From positions 1-59,637 of IMG/VR virus record IMGVR_UViG_3300047562_002733: a stretch of 59,637 bases of DNA. One strand, written 5' to 3'. A program made the position numbers and the translations under genes. The first letter of the stretch is position 1. The number at the start of each line of letters is the position of its first letter. Positions 38,270-47,998 of the stretch are shown piece by piece. The notes under the pieces were generated by a model, which saw only the letters and a program-made list of their open reading frames with translations, searched no databases and had not been told where the DNA came from. This DNA comes from a virus (lineage: Duplodnaviria; Caudoviricetes).

Positions 38270-41200
38270 TACAGTCCGTGTCTCAGGGCATCAAGAACAA
38301 AGTCGTTGTCATTACTGCGAACTTTTACATGGACATTCCAATCTTTAGCTGCAAGTGTGTTAACGGCACTACTTAGCTTTCCGATCTGAAGGGCTTGTTG
38401 AGCTTGGACGGATGCAAGTTCATTGATTGCCCTGCCACTTCTGATGTTGGCAGAAAGGCTGGACTGCAAGGCCTTAGTCATTTGACTTGAGGCGCCAGAT
38501 GCCGCTGCCACTGAAGCGCCAGGAATATTCGCTTTGACGCCTGTTTTTGGAGCGTCTAGTGCGCTCATGATATGGGCTGGGATCACAGTACCAGCACTTG
38601 GAGCTCTCCATAAGGCGTTTTTAGGTTTGTTGATCGGCCTAAGAGTACCCCCAGCACTTAAGAAGCCCTCCTGACCGAGTTCATTAACTTGATATACTTT
38701 ACCCGCCTCGGTGGGACCACCAGTCCACAGTCCTGGGATTCCAGCAATATTTATGCGGACAGTCAGACCATCTAGTGCTCTGATCTTGTTGCCTATCTGA
38801 GTTGCGGCTTCTGCAGCGTTATACAATTGACCCGCGACAAATTCAGCAGCAGGAGCGCCTACAGACGACAACGCATCACTGGCTTCGCTTGTTCCTTCGC
38901 CAAAGCTTGCTGCGGTGTTTGCCACTCCTTCTGAGATACCAGCAATCTCCTTGTTGATTTCAGCCGCTTTCTCAAGGTCTCCGACTTCTTCGGCTTCCTT
39001 TCGTTTTGCCAACAGGTAATCGATTACTTCTTCTTCTGCCTCCAGCCTCTTCAGTCGGAGTTCGTCAGCTCTCTCTTGAAGCTTCTGTCTTTCTGCTTCA
39101 AACTGTAGATTTTTTTTGGCGCCTTCTAATTCGAGCTCGGCAGTTTGTGCTTTTTGTGCTCTAATTCCTTCTTCAATCTTTTTAATTTCGAGTTTATCTG
39201 CTTGTTCTTTTGCTCTGGCTTCTTCTTCAATTGCTGCAATCCTGCGTGCGGACTCTTCTTCATCTCTTCTGATTGCTTCTTGTTCTGCTGCTCTTCGCTG
39301 CTCGATCGCCTCCCTATCGGCCGCCGCTTGCTCTGCCGCTTTTCTAGCTTTTTCTTGCACTGATGCTATTGCCTTTTCTCTCGCAAGTCGCTCTAGCTGA
39401 GCTCTGGCATCGAGTTTTTCTTCTTCGGTCTTTCCAAAAGCTGCTTGAAATTTAAGCTCTTTTTCTTTGATCGCTTGCTGTTCTTTTTCGGCTTTTGTCA
39501 GTCCTTGAAGTGATCTGATTTGGGCGGCATAACCGGCCTGCAATCGATTGTTATTTGCATCAATTTTAGCTGCTTCTTGGTCCAAGAACCTTAGACGAGA
39601 TTCAGAGGCGGTTCTTGCAGCCTGCAGGGCCTGTTGGATCAATTGAATTTGCTGCTGTGTAGCAGCTCTTCTTGCCTCTGAAGCAGCCTGGATTTGCTGA
39701 ATTTCTGCTTGCGCACTTCTTTCTGCTGCTGCATCAGCAGTTTTGCGACCTTTGATCTCGTTATCTATCTTATTCTTTTGCTTGTTTTCAATTATATCAA
39801 GCCTTTTCAGTTGATTTTGTATGGAACGCTCTTCCAGTTGATCATTGGTTAAAGTGCCTAGCTCTTTTCGCTGGTTAACCTCTTCAATTTTTGTTAGAAC
39901 TTCGTCTATGCCAGGACTGTCTATAGGTATTGATACTGACTGAGCCCCTAGCGCCTTCAATTGCTGATCCAAAACTCCCACCGTTTCTCGTAATGCACCA
40001 GTGCTCAATCCTTGTTCAATTACTTTTACAGTTACAGTGGCAACATAGCCGTTGATATCATCCAGGTTCTGACGTGCTTGCACCAGATTTGCTATTACAC
40101 TGGGGAGCTCAGGGGCTCTAACATTAATCAGGGCTTCAGCGGTTTCAAGTGAGCTTACGATTCGTTTTGCATTTTCTACCGAATCAGCGAGAGCTCCTGT
40201 GTCAATACCGATTCGGATGGTCGTCGCGGTAAACAGCGCTTGCAGCCCCTCTGCGCTGTCCTTCAGACGCTGAAGGTTGACCTGTGCAATAGCGATCTCT
40301 GCATTAACTTCACGCCATTTTTCTGGCTTCAAGCCTGGATCAAGCTCTTCTTCCAGCAACTGCTTGAGTCTGGAGATTTCATCTGATACACTAGATATCG
40401 TTGTAGCGTACTCTTTTTCTTCTGATGTCAACAAACCAGTCGCCCTGGCTGCTTCATCTTTTGCTATTTTCTGAGCCTTCAAGTCGGCCTCTAATTGCTT
40501 AACAGCTTCATCAAGCTGCTGAAGTTGAGACTCATATTGCGCTGCCGCTGCTATTGCCGCCTGCAGTTGAGGGTCTTGCTGAGCCCCTTGAATATCAACA
40601 CCTTTACCTTGTAATTCTCTTTGGATTGCAGCAATTTGTTCCCTTACCGTCTTTTCTTCCTGTGCCGCCAAGACCAGTCTCTGCTGGGCGTCAGTGGCAT
40701 CAATGAGACCTTCTCTGACTCGATCCTGTAGAGTTTGTTGAAGTCCTATGTTGGCATTTAAGTTCTTTTGCAGATTGAATAATTGAACAAGCTCAGGCCT
40801 TACGTTGGCATACCCCTCAGGGAATTTACCGGCTGCTATGGTAGCTTCTTCTTGTTTCGCTTTTAATTGTGTCAAGGCAGCCTCGGTCTTAGCTACCTGA
40901 GTCGAAATCAAGCCGTAACTTGCGCCCAGTTTTGCACTGGAAGCATTCAGTTGATTTTGCTTTTGTAGTATCTGCTCCGTCAGTTTATTGATTTCCTCCT
41001 GTGGAGCTCCTGCATTAGTTTTCGCTTCTAACTCTTTTTTTAGCTTGGCGATCTCGTCCTTTGTCTTGGCTGCATCGTTTGCACCGGTAACCAGCGCAGC
41101 AGACAGCCTGCTAATTGCTACTGTTTCCCTAGCGGAGGCATTCTCAACAGCCTTGAACTCTAATGCAAGTTGCTTTAATTGCGCTTCTGTTGCATCACCT

Positions 41201-43836
41201 GTCGCGGCCAGAGTAATTAATGTTCCAGTGACGGCGCCAATAGCGGTGCCTACCGGGCCAAAAACCGAACCAGCAAGAGCGCCAAAGCCAGCTCCTGCAA
41301 GCACCTTAGCAAAACGATCAAACGCGTTAGCAGCATTGTCGGCACCACCAGCAGCGGCATCAGAGCTAGGCGCCAGCGAATCCAGCAAGCTCTTGACGGC
41401 ATCAACCGACTCTTTTACGACCAGCGAGAACTCAAGCCACGCAAGTCCAAGTCCACTGATAGGCTGCTCCAGATCCTGGGTTTTGCCGGTGAGGTCCGTA
41501 ATTGCAGAATCAATTGCCTTCAGGCTTGTTTCAGACTCTCGATAAATGGTGTTTGACTTTTGAGCCGCATTGTTATATGCCTGTTGAAAAACAGCCAGGA
41601 CTCCAAGAGCAATACCGATCGGGCCTAATGCGGCCAAAAGTCCCCTGGCGCCAGCAGCGACACCATTGAACAGGCTGCCCAGGGGAGACAAGGCAGCCTT
41701 ACTGGCCTGTAGCCCACGGTTCAGTAACGAAGTCTTTGCCGACAGACTTTCCTTGCTAGCACCCAGGCCATCTGCTCCCTTCTTTGCTTCCTTACTGGAG
41801 GCAACAACATCAACCATCGCGGCCTTTAGTTCATTCAAGTTAGTCTTCAGGGCAATTGCTTGGGCTCCACCTTTGTCGAGTCCTGCGAGCTCTCTTCGCG
41901 TTGCGCCGATTGCGTTACGCAGTAGTGCCATCGATGTAGCGGGATCCTTTTTGGCTAATTCTCTGAGGCCAGCGAGTGTCTCTTTAGAGACGATCCTGGG
42001 GAAGCCGGCGATATTAGCAATACTCCTCAGCAGATTGCTAGATGCTATCTTTGCCGCCTCAGCAGACCTTACATACTTGGAAGTTCCGGACTGATAATCA
42101 TTGATAACTTTTGCTGCTTGCTGCACATTTTGCCCGAGGGCGCCGATGGCAGTGTTTGTTCCCTTTGCTGCATCTCCGACATTTTTCGTGGCGGCGGCGC
42201 CGGCCTTTGCGGCATCACTGAGGGTGCTAGTCCCCTCTCCCGCCGATTTCGCGGCACTAGCATATTGACCAATGCCAGAGGCGGCGCCACCAAGGGCTGA
42301 CTGAATGTCCGAGATATACTTAGTGACCGCGCCACCAAGGCCGCCAATCACTTTGACGCCAGACTGCAATGGCTTTAAGAATTTACCCAGAATCGCTAAA
42401 CCAACAGCCTCCAGAACTCCCGGAACCGAAGTCAGTTTTTCGATTAAAGGCGCAATCGCATTAATCAGCAAAACTACGGCCTCTACCAGGCTCAGGAACG
42501 CCTGTACTGCCCTGCCTCCGGCTGCACCGAAATTAGCAAGGATCTGGCCAATCGATTCAATATTGCTGACTTGACTCAGTCTTGAGAAAAAGTCAGTTAC
42601 AATTGCCTGTAATTTGATGAATACGTTAATAACTGGCTCAAACGCAGTTGCCAGATTTCTCAGGTTAAGCTCATTAAGGTTCCCAAATTGAGTTCTGACC
42701 TGATCAATCGTAACATTGCCTTCGGCCAGGCTGTTGGCTGCATCAATCGCAGAATCACCAAGCTTGCCGAACAGTAATGCGCTTTTACTTAGTTTTGGGA
42801 TATTTTCAAGCAGCACCTTACCTGTTATTCCCCCTGCTTTGACAAGTCGCTCAAGCTCCGCTACGCTGACGCCAATCGCATTAGCCAAATCGGATTTAAA
42901 GGCTGGATCCGCTTCAGATATCTGTTGGGTCAATTCTTCCGCCTGCAGCTTACCTTTTGCAAAGGCCTGAATGACGCCGTTTGTGACCCGCCGAGCTCGA
43001 TCACCGGAAATACCAAACGCAGCAAATCGACTCGAAAGTGCCTCCACAACGCTGGAAACGTCTTGGATACTCCCGCCAGTATTCAGGATAACAGGAGATA
43101 ACTGCTTGAAAGAATCCTGGACTGTATTGATATTTGTTCCAAGGCCCAGGGCGATTCGTTGAGACTCTTGCAGTGCTAAATTAGCGCCGGCACTACCCGT
43201 GCCAATAGCCTCAAATGCCAACCCAAAGGACTGTAGGTCTGCTGCACTTTTTATTACGGTATTGATTCCGCTAACAAACTGTCCGATTGCAATCGAGGCT
43301 GCCTGCAATCCCTGGGTGATACCTGCCAGTCCATCAAGGAAATCAACCAGACCCTGGGCTCTAAAGGATACCTTAACCTTGTCCCAGAAGCCCGAGGCGT
43401 TGGCTTCAGCTAGTTGGCGGCCTACTTCAGAGACCTTCCGGCTTGCAATCTCCCATTCTTTATTGATGACTCGGACGCTCGCCCCAGAGGCGACGACAAT
43501 CTCTCGATACTGAGCAATTGAGTCTCTAAGCTGCTTTTGTCTGTTGTATTGCTGCCTCAGGCTGGTCAGGCTACCGGCCTGGAGCTCCTCGGACTTCCTT
43601 TGTAGACTGATAATTTTATCAGCAGCCGTCAGCCTTTGTTTTTCAACAGCAACTAATTCTTTTACGCCCTTACTATTAACTCTGACTGAGACATCGATAA
43701 ACTTTTCTACGGTGCCACCAAGCAGTTTGTTAAGAGCTCTATCGGCACCTGCTACATCATTTAAGGCGTCTTGAAGAGCCTTGTTTACCTCGCTGGCATC
43801 AGCCTCAACTTTAAATCGAAGACTGTCAGCGGCCAC
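38269..43836 (-). CDS. Tail tape measure protein
   Basis: 1855 aa Ala-rich helical protein; QAFAKGKLQAEELTQQISE tape-measure motif; C-terminal GG...G..YQVNELGQEGF. Confidence 0.93.
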   Translation of the reverse strand: MAADSLRFKVEADASEVNKALQDALNDVAGADRALNKLLGGTVEKFIDVSVRVNSKGVKELVAVEKQRLTAADKIISLQRKSEELQAGSLTSLRQQYNRQKQLRDSIAQYREIVVASGASVRVINKEWEIASRKVSEVGRQLAEANASGFWDKVKVSFRAQGLVDFLDGLAGITQGLQAASIAIGQFVSGINTVIKSAADLQSFGLAFEAIGTGSAGANLALQESQRIALGLGTNINTVQDSFKQLSPVILNTGGSIQDVSSVVEALSSRFAAFGISGDRARRVTNGVIQAFAKGKLQAEELTQQISEADPAFKSDLANAIGVSVAELERLVKAGGITGKVLLENIPKLSKSALLFGKLGDSAIDAANSLAEGNVTIDQVRTQFGNLNELNLRNLATAFEPVINVFIKLQAIVTDFFSRLSQVSNIESIGQILANFGAAGGRAVQAFLSLVEAVVLLINAIAPLIEKLTSVPGVLEAVGLAILGKFLKPLQSGVKVIGGLGGAVTKYISDIQSALGGAASGIGQYASAAKSAGEGTSTLSDAAKAGAAATKNVGDAAKGTNTAIGALGQNVQQAAKVINDYQSGTSKYVRSAEAAKIASSNLLRSIANIAGFPRIVSKETLAGLRELAKKDPATSMALLRNAIGATRRELAGLDKGGAQAIALKTNLNELKAAMVDVVASSKEAKKGADGLGASKESLSAKTSLLNRGLQASKAALSPLGSLFNGVAAGARGLLAALGPIGIALGVLAVFQQAYNNAAQKSNTIYRESETSLKAIDSAITDLTGKTQDLEQPISGLGLAWLEFSLVVKESVDAVKSLLDSLAPSSDAAAGGADNAANAFDRFAKVLAGAGFGALAGSVFGPVGTAIGAVTGTLITLAATGDATEAQLKQLALEFKAVENASARETVAISRLSAALVTGANDAAKTKDEIAKLKKELEAKTNAGAPQEEINKLTEQILQKQNQLNASSAKLGASYGLISTQVAKTEAALTQLKAKQEEATIAAGKFPEGYANVRPELVQLFNLQKNLNANIGLQQTLQDRVREGLIDATDAQQRLVLAAQEEKTVREQIAAIQRELQGKGVDIQGAQQDPQLQAAIAAAAQYESQLQQLDEAVKQLEADLKAQKIAKDEAARATGLLTSEEKEYATTISSVSDEISRLKQLLEEELDPGLKPEKWREVNAEIAIAQVNLQRLKDSAEGLQALFTATTIRIGIDTGALADSVENAKRIVSSLETAEALINVRAPELPSVIANLVQARQNLDDINGYVATVTVKVIEQGLSTGALRETVGVLDQQLKALGAQSVSIPIDSPGIDEVLTKIEEVNQRKELGTLTNDQLEERSIQNQLKRLDIIENKQKNKIDNEIKGRKTADAAAERSAQAEIQQIQAASEARRAATQQQIQLIQQALQAARTASESRLRFLDQEAAKIDANNNRLQAGYAAQIRSLQGLTKAEKEQQAIKEKELKFQAAFGKTEEEKLDARAQLERLAREKAIASVQEKARKAAEQAAADREAIEQRRAAEQEAIRRDEEESARRIAAIEEEARAKEQADKLEIKKIEEGIRAQKAQTAELELEGAKKNLQFEAERQKLQERADELRLKRLEAEEEVIDYLLAKRKEAEEVGDLEKAAEINKEIAGISEGVANTAASFGEGTSEASDALSSVGAPAAEFVAGQLYNAAEAATQIGNKIRALDGLTVRINIAGIPGLWTGGPTEAGKVYQVNELGQEGFLSAGGTLRPINKPKNALWRAPSAGTVIPAHIMSALDAPKTGVKANIPGASVAAASGASSQMTKALQSSLSANIRSGRAINELASVQAQQALQIGKLSSAVNTLAAKDWNVHVKVRSNDNDFVLDALRHGL

Positions 43837-43885
43837 TGGCTATTACTACGGCTTTCGTCCTCTAGTTTTCCGTAATTATTCCAAC

Positions 43886-43907
43886 AAAAAGAGGCCCATT
43901 GGGCCTC
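43886..43907 (-). terminator. Terminator after the major tail gene
   Basis: GAGGCCC-ATT-GGGCCTC stem with U-tract. Confidence 0.75.
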
Positions 43908-43930
43908 AGATGATGCGTTGTAACCGATGA

Positions 43931-44518
43931 TCAGGCGTTGAAGTCAGGATCAATCAGGTAAGGGCCATACCCCTGGATGGTGGCCTCCCAGGAAGCAATC
44001 GAGCCAGCCTCGATCGATTCAGTGTAGCCATTGATGGTGCCGTAGCCGTACACCGCTTCGTCGGTACCGGTCGGACCCACACGTAGCACCTTCACACGCA
44101 GCGCGTCGGCAATCGTGTTCCGCTCAGTCAGACGCAGCACATGATAGCCGGCATCCTTGAAGTCAGCAACGCCAGCAATCGACAGGCTCCAGGTCTTGGA
44201 GGTCGGCAGGCTTACGTTAAAGCCCTCGGTTTCATCATCATAGGTGATGATGTCTTCCGTGTTGGTATCAGTCTCCAGGGAAGCATTCGTCAGGCCGTAC
44301 AGACGGAACGGATCGTCCGTGCCGTCCATCGCCAGCGGCGTTGCGCCAACGCTGAAGATGCCAGAGGCATACGAAATCACCGCGCTGGCTGCAACGGGGG
44401 TTGCGGTATCAATGAAAGAAGCGGCATTCGTCACGCCAGTGAATGCCAGATCAACGTCAGCGGCAGCCAGCGGAACGATGAACAGATTATAGCCGAAGCT
44501 AGTAGAAAAATTTGCCAT
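43931..44518 (-). CDS. Major tail tube protein
   Basis: DIITYDD...TSKTWSLSIAG...GYTESIEAGSIASWEATIQGYG; own terminator; upstream of the tape measure. Confidence 0.8.
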   Translation of the reverse strand: MANFSTSFGYNLFIVPLAAADVDLAFTGVTNAASFIDTATPVAASAVISYASGIFSVGATPLAMDGTDDPFRLYGLTNASLETDTNTEDIITYDDETEGFNVSLPTSKTWSLSIAGVADFKDAGYHVLRLTERNTIADALRVKVLRVGPTGTDEAVYGYGTINGYTESIEAGSIASWEATIQGYGPYLIDPDFNA

Positions 44519-44636
44519 GGCTTGGGTTCAGGTAGGAATGCCAGAGATTGGCACAAAGGAACGAAGCAGGTGCCTACCTGCCTGCCCTAGGGTTCCAACT
44601 TGTTTATCAGTATTCCGAATATTTGGTTTTTATCAG

Positions 44637-45071
44637 TTATGCGAGTACAACTGAATCAGACGGGATCAGCACCAACAATTGCATCATTGCGTTGATGTCA
44701 CTAGGGCCTGGCATTGTTTCAATTGTTACTGCCTTCGAAAATAGCTGCATGATTCGACGTGCCGCATTGTTCAATGTCGCACCATTTGCCCCATCCCACG
44801 CCAACAGGAACACCTTCCATTTTGTCATGATATCAATGTCGTCCGTGATGTATTCACGCCTGGATAGGTCACTTATGTCATGGATGACAACCTCCATGCC
44901 GTTGATCGACTTGATTGCAGGAAGCTTTTCCCCTGGTGTTACAATCGAAATTGCGTCAAGCTCTGTGTTGTTAGCGCGAAAGGTCCTGGTGCCAACATAC
45001 GACATGAATGTCGCGTCATTGGTCAGTGTGTCGTAAATAACCCGAGGGGTTTCAGCATGTTGCTGCGTCAT
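44637..45071 (-). CDS. Tail terminator-like protein
   Basis: IYDTL..D..F...VG pattern; directly before the tail tube; ATG at 45071. Confidence 0.55.
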   Translation of the reverse strand: MTQQHAETPRVIYDTLTNDATFMSYVGTRTFRANNTELDAISIVTPGEKLPAIKSINGMEVVIHDISDLSRREYITDDIDIMTKWKVFLLAWDGANGATLNNAARRIMQLFSKAVTIETMPGPSDINAMMQLLVLIPSDSVVLA

Positions 45072-45204
45072 TTTATAACACGAAACCTGCACTAATCCTT
45101 AGTTTTCCGGCTACTATCAAGGCAAACTAGCCCAGTGTCTGTTGACATCATGCTACTGTTTTCCTGGAGGCAATTCATGCCCACTCAGGAACGACAGGTC
45201 TGAG

Positions 45205-45624
45205 ATGCCCCAAAACCTTGGTGTTGCCCTTAGTGGGCCGGTTGAGTCGTATCATCAGTACCTGGCGAACATGGAATGCCTAACAAGCAGTGAAGCAAAA
45301 CGTCGCTGGAGGAAATCAATCAAAGATGCCTGGAATAACTGTTGCTGCTTCTGCGGTCAGCCGCCAATCTCTGATCAATCACTGACGATTGATCACATGC
45401 GCCCGCGCAGTAAGGGCGGTGAAGACATCTCCAGGAACTGCCTGCCGGCATGCTGGAAACACAACCAAGCAAAGGGATCTGATGACTGGCGACCCTGGTT
45501 CAGGTCTCAGTTGTTCTATGATCAGGTGCGTGAGGCTCGGATCATGTTCTGGCTCGAAAACTCACGTTTACCCAACGAACAAGAGCTAGAAGACACGTTA
45601 AAACGTCTACCCATAGATCCTTAG
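45205..45624 (+). CDS. HNH endonuclease (McrA-like)
   Basis: CCFCG...LTIDHMRPRSKGG...NCLPACWKHN..KG; opposite strand to the tail operon. Confidence 0.85.
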   Translation: MPQNLGVALSGPVESYHQYLANMECLTSSEAKRRWRKSIKDAWNNCCCFCGQPPISDQSLTIDHMRPRSKGGEDISRNCLPACWKHNQAKGSDDWRPWFRSQLFYDQVREARIMFWLENSRLPNEQELEDTLKRLPIDP

Positions 45625-46122
45625 CTCTACCTCTTCATCGGCCTCAAACTTGCCCTTGATCTCCGGCATTTCGACGTGTAATACATTGCCACATGGTGAT
45701 CGCATCTCACGTCGTTTTCTGCTTGCTGTATTGGCCGCAATCAGCATCCCGCTGACGTGTTGGCCCTCGATGCTCGGTGCCAAAATAATTGCGTCCTCGC
45801 ACTGTAAACACAGCACCTCAGGTGGGTTTGCTTGGTCTGCTTTTGCCTTTAGTTCTTTGAAGGTAAACAATGCCCAACCAGGGAACATGTCCATCTCGAT
45901 TAGTTTCATTGCCGCAGCGCCATACCTCGCTTCCGGCAGTGGCAGTTCATCGCGATCTTGATACATATAGAAGTCTGAAGGGCTGAACGGCTTTCGCCTT
46001 TTCTTGCGGTCGCGGTTGATCTCCGCATTCTGGTACGCCAGATATGCGATCGGCCGTTCAGTGACGTGCGCTTCCTCTTGTTGTAGCTTGTTGAGCCGTC
46101 TTACCGCCTGCAGTACATACAT
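45607..46122 (-). CDS. Tail assembly chaperone, frameshift extension (gpT-like)
   Basis: Frame stays open upstream to the slippery site at 46230-46236. Confidence 0.65.
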   Translation of the reverse strand: MYVLQAVRRLNKLQQEEAHVTERPIAYLAYQNAEINRDRKKRRKPFSPSDFYMYQDRDELPLPEARYGAAAMKLIEMDMFPGWALFTFKELKAKADQANPPEVLCLQCEDAIILAPSIEGQHVSGMLIAANTASRKRREMRSPCGNVLHVEMPEIKGKFEADEEVELRIYG

Positions 46123-46181
46123 GTACGGCAGTTGCCAGTAATTCCGGAAGCTGAACTCAGGATCTCCCGGAAACCCCCTTT

Positions 46182-46793
46182 TTAGCCGCCAGTAGTAGTC
46201 TTCGAACGGGATCCGGTTGTCTTGCTTGGCTTTTTTTCAACTTCCTCAATGCTGGGTGCTGCCTCCTCTTCGGGGGGTTTTTCCTGGAACGCATCCACCA
46301 GGCGCGATTCTTCTTCTCGATACAACGCAGCCAGGCCTTCGATGATGTCAGGATGAAGGCTTGAAATCTGGTCGATTTCAAAATTGGGGTCAATTCGATA
46401 CTTCAGCATGCACGCCGCAAAGACCAGTTCCTCGCGTGCCTTGCTGTTTGCCAGACCCTTGACAACACTTGTCAGGTCGGTCGCAAATTCTGCTTCGATT
46501 TCTGCTGCTAACGCATTGTCCTCTTCGTTTTCTTGGCTTACGCCCGAAATGATCGCTAACACCATCCGATACGCACGGTCCATCCCCAGGGAATACCTCC
46601 GTGCCACCTGACGGCTTACCGTAACGATCTCCGTCGTTCCATTGTCAAACTGCTGGACCTGTTGCACAAACGACTTCTCGCCAGTCGTTAAGTACCCGCG
46701 TCGTTCGATCTCGATGATGCCAGAGTCTTCATTGCCGATCTTCTCCATGATCGGTTGACGACGCGGCTCTACAACAAAAGGAAGCTTGACCAT
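46182..46793 (-). CDS. Tail assembly chaperone (gpG-like)
   Basis: Acidic ORF with an A AAA AAG slippery heptamer near its 3' end. Confidence 0.65.
   Translation of the reverse strand: MVKLPFVVEPRRQPIMEKIGNEDSGIIEIERRGYLTTGEKSFVQQVQQFDNGTTEIVTVSRQVARRYSLGMDRAYRMVLAIISGVSQENEEDNALAAEIEAEFATDLTSVVKGLANSKAREELVFAACMLKYRIDPNFEIDQISSLHPDIIEGLAALYREEESRLVDAFQEKPPEEEAAPSIEEVEKKPSKTTGSRSKTTTGG
46230..46236 (-). other. Programmed -1 ribosomal frameshift site A AAA AAG
   Basis: Zero frame GAA AAA AAG; the -1 frame opens right after a TGA and reads KKAKQDNRIPFEDYYWRLK... into 45607..46122. Confidence 0.75.
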
Positions 46794-46832
46794 TACCGCT
46801 TATGTTGATCCTGTGCCTACTATCTTACCGAT

Positions 46833-47333
46833 TTAACGGAATGCTGTAAGGATTTCCTCTTGGTAGTATTTTTTTAGGTCGAACTTAGGTACCGGCCCGC
46901 CGCCAATCATCACAGCTTCAATCCACTTCCGTGGCGGTAGATACACCTTGGCTTCAGTATTGCCGTACACATTAATGTATCCGCCGTAATGAATCAAGGC
47001 CGCATACGGTGCTGAATACGATATTGTAATGCCATTGCTGTCGATATTAACGGTGCCTGATTCCAATAACTCGCCACTGTCATATAGGTCATTGTCGTTA
47101 CCTCCGATTGACCACACACCACTGCGTAACGCATCATCCAAGGCACGTTTTAAATCAATTGCCGCCTTCTGGCTTGCTTGGTTGATTGCCTGCTGAAACT
47201 TTTCCAGGATCTTGGCTGTTGGTACCTCTGACTTGAACTTAATCAGCCCCTCCTTGTTGATCTTCGCGGTGAACCGCGTTTTCTTGGGCACATTGCCAAC
47301 AATATCCTGTAAAGTAATGATTGGTTTCGCCAC
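46833..47333 (-). CDS. Neck/tail completion protein (HK97 gp10-like)
   Basis: DSGELLES...YSAPYAALIHYG...LPPRKWI. Confidence 0.7.
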   Translation of the reverse strand: MAKPIITLQDIVGNVPKKTRFTAKINKEGLIKFKSEVPTAKILEKFQQAINQASQKAAIDLKRALDDALRSGVWSIGGNDNDLYDSGELLESGTVNIDSNGITISYSAPYAALIHYGGYINVYGNTEAKVYLPPRKWIEAVMIGGGPVPKFDLKKYYQEEILTAFR

Positions 47334-47334
47334 C

Positions 47335-47838
47335 TTAATTTGTTACCTCGCTGCTGCGGACGACAATCGGAAGTCCCTTGATGTTTCTACTGATGACCTC
47401 ATCGATCTGCGTGCCGCCGTACTTGCCGCTGATCACCTCAATGTTCGATGTCTTGATTTCTTCGCTGCCCTGCAGGTGTTGGACACTGATCGCATTCGTC
47501 AGCCATGCTGGTTTGTTTGATGTGCTTAATTCTGTCCATGACCCACTGATCTGATCGCCCAGTGAGTAGCCGCTTGTTACCTCAATGAATCGTAAGGCAT
47601 AGCCTCGATACAGGAATGATTGGCCACCAGCACCTGGCAGACTGTCGCCCGGTGTTCTTCGTACAGGGTAATACTCCGCTCCTGTTTCAGTGCCGGTACT
47701 ATCCTGACGTTTTAAATAGCATTGGATAACGTAGTACGCACTCGCGCTCGTGCTGATTCTGCCATCAATGACCGATGGCGCTCCGCTTGCGGTAATCAGT
47801 AGGTAGCCATTGGCATACGGCAGTAACGGTGAAGTCAT
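47335..47838 (-). CDS. Head closure-like protein (putative)
   Basis: Position in the neck cluster. Confidence 0.45.
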   Translation of the reverse strand: MTSPLLPYANGYLLITASGAPSVIDGRISTSASAYYVIQCYLKRQDSTGTETGAEYYPVRRTPGDSLPGAGGQSFLYRGYALRFIEVTSGYSLGDQISGSWTELSTSNKPAWLTNAISVQHLQGSEEIKTSNIEVISGKYGGTQIDEVISRNIKGLPIVVRSSEVTN

Positions 47839-47998
47839 GCGTCTTGGTTACGACAATGCCGACACTTGTTGATGCCGGTTTCTTTGATGTATGGTAAATA
47901 TACCTTGTTTACAGGGGCTTCGCTTCCGCAACTTTTGCACACCATCATCACAACCTCGCTGCTTAGGATCTCTTGGAATGGGCTGTCGCTTTCGTTGC

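Larger units (their letters stand above)
1297..45130. promoter_or_regulatory. Dispersed putative phage late promoter motif GGHANNCTA
   Basis: Minus-strand copies (left coordinate) at 1297, 2011, 19419, 19760, 20407, 20932, 21658, 26896, 28136, 29838, 30677, 31972, 33623, 43862, 44587, 45099 and a plus-strand copy at 45121, each upstream of a co-oriented gene start. Confidence 0.7.
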
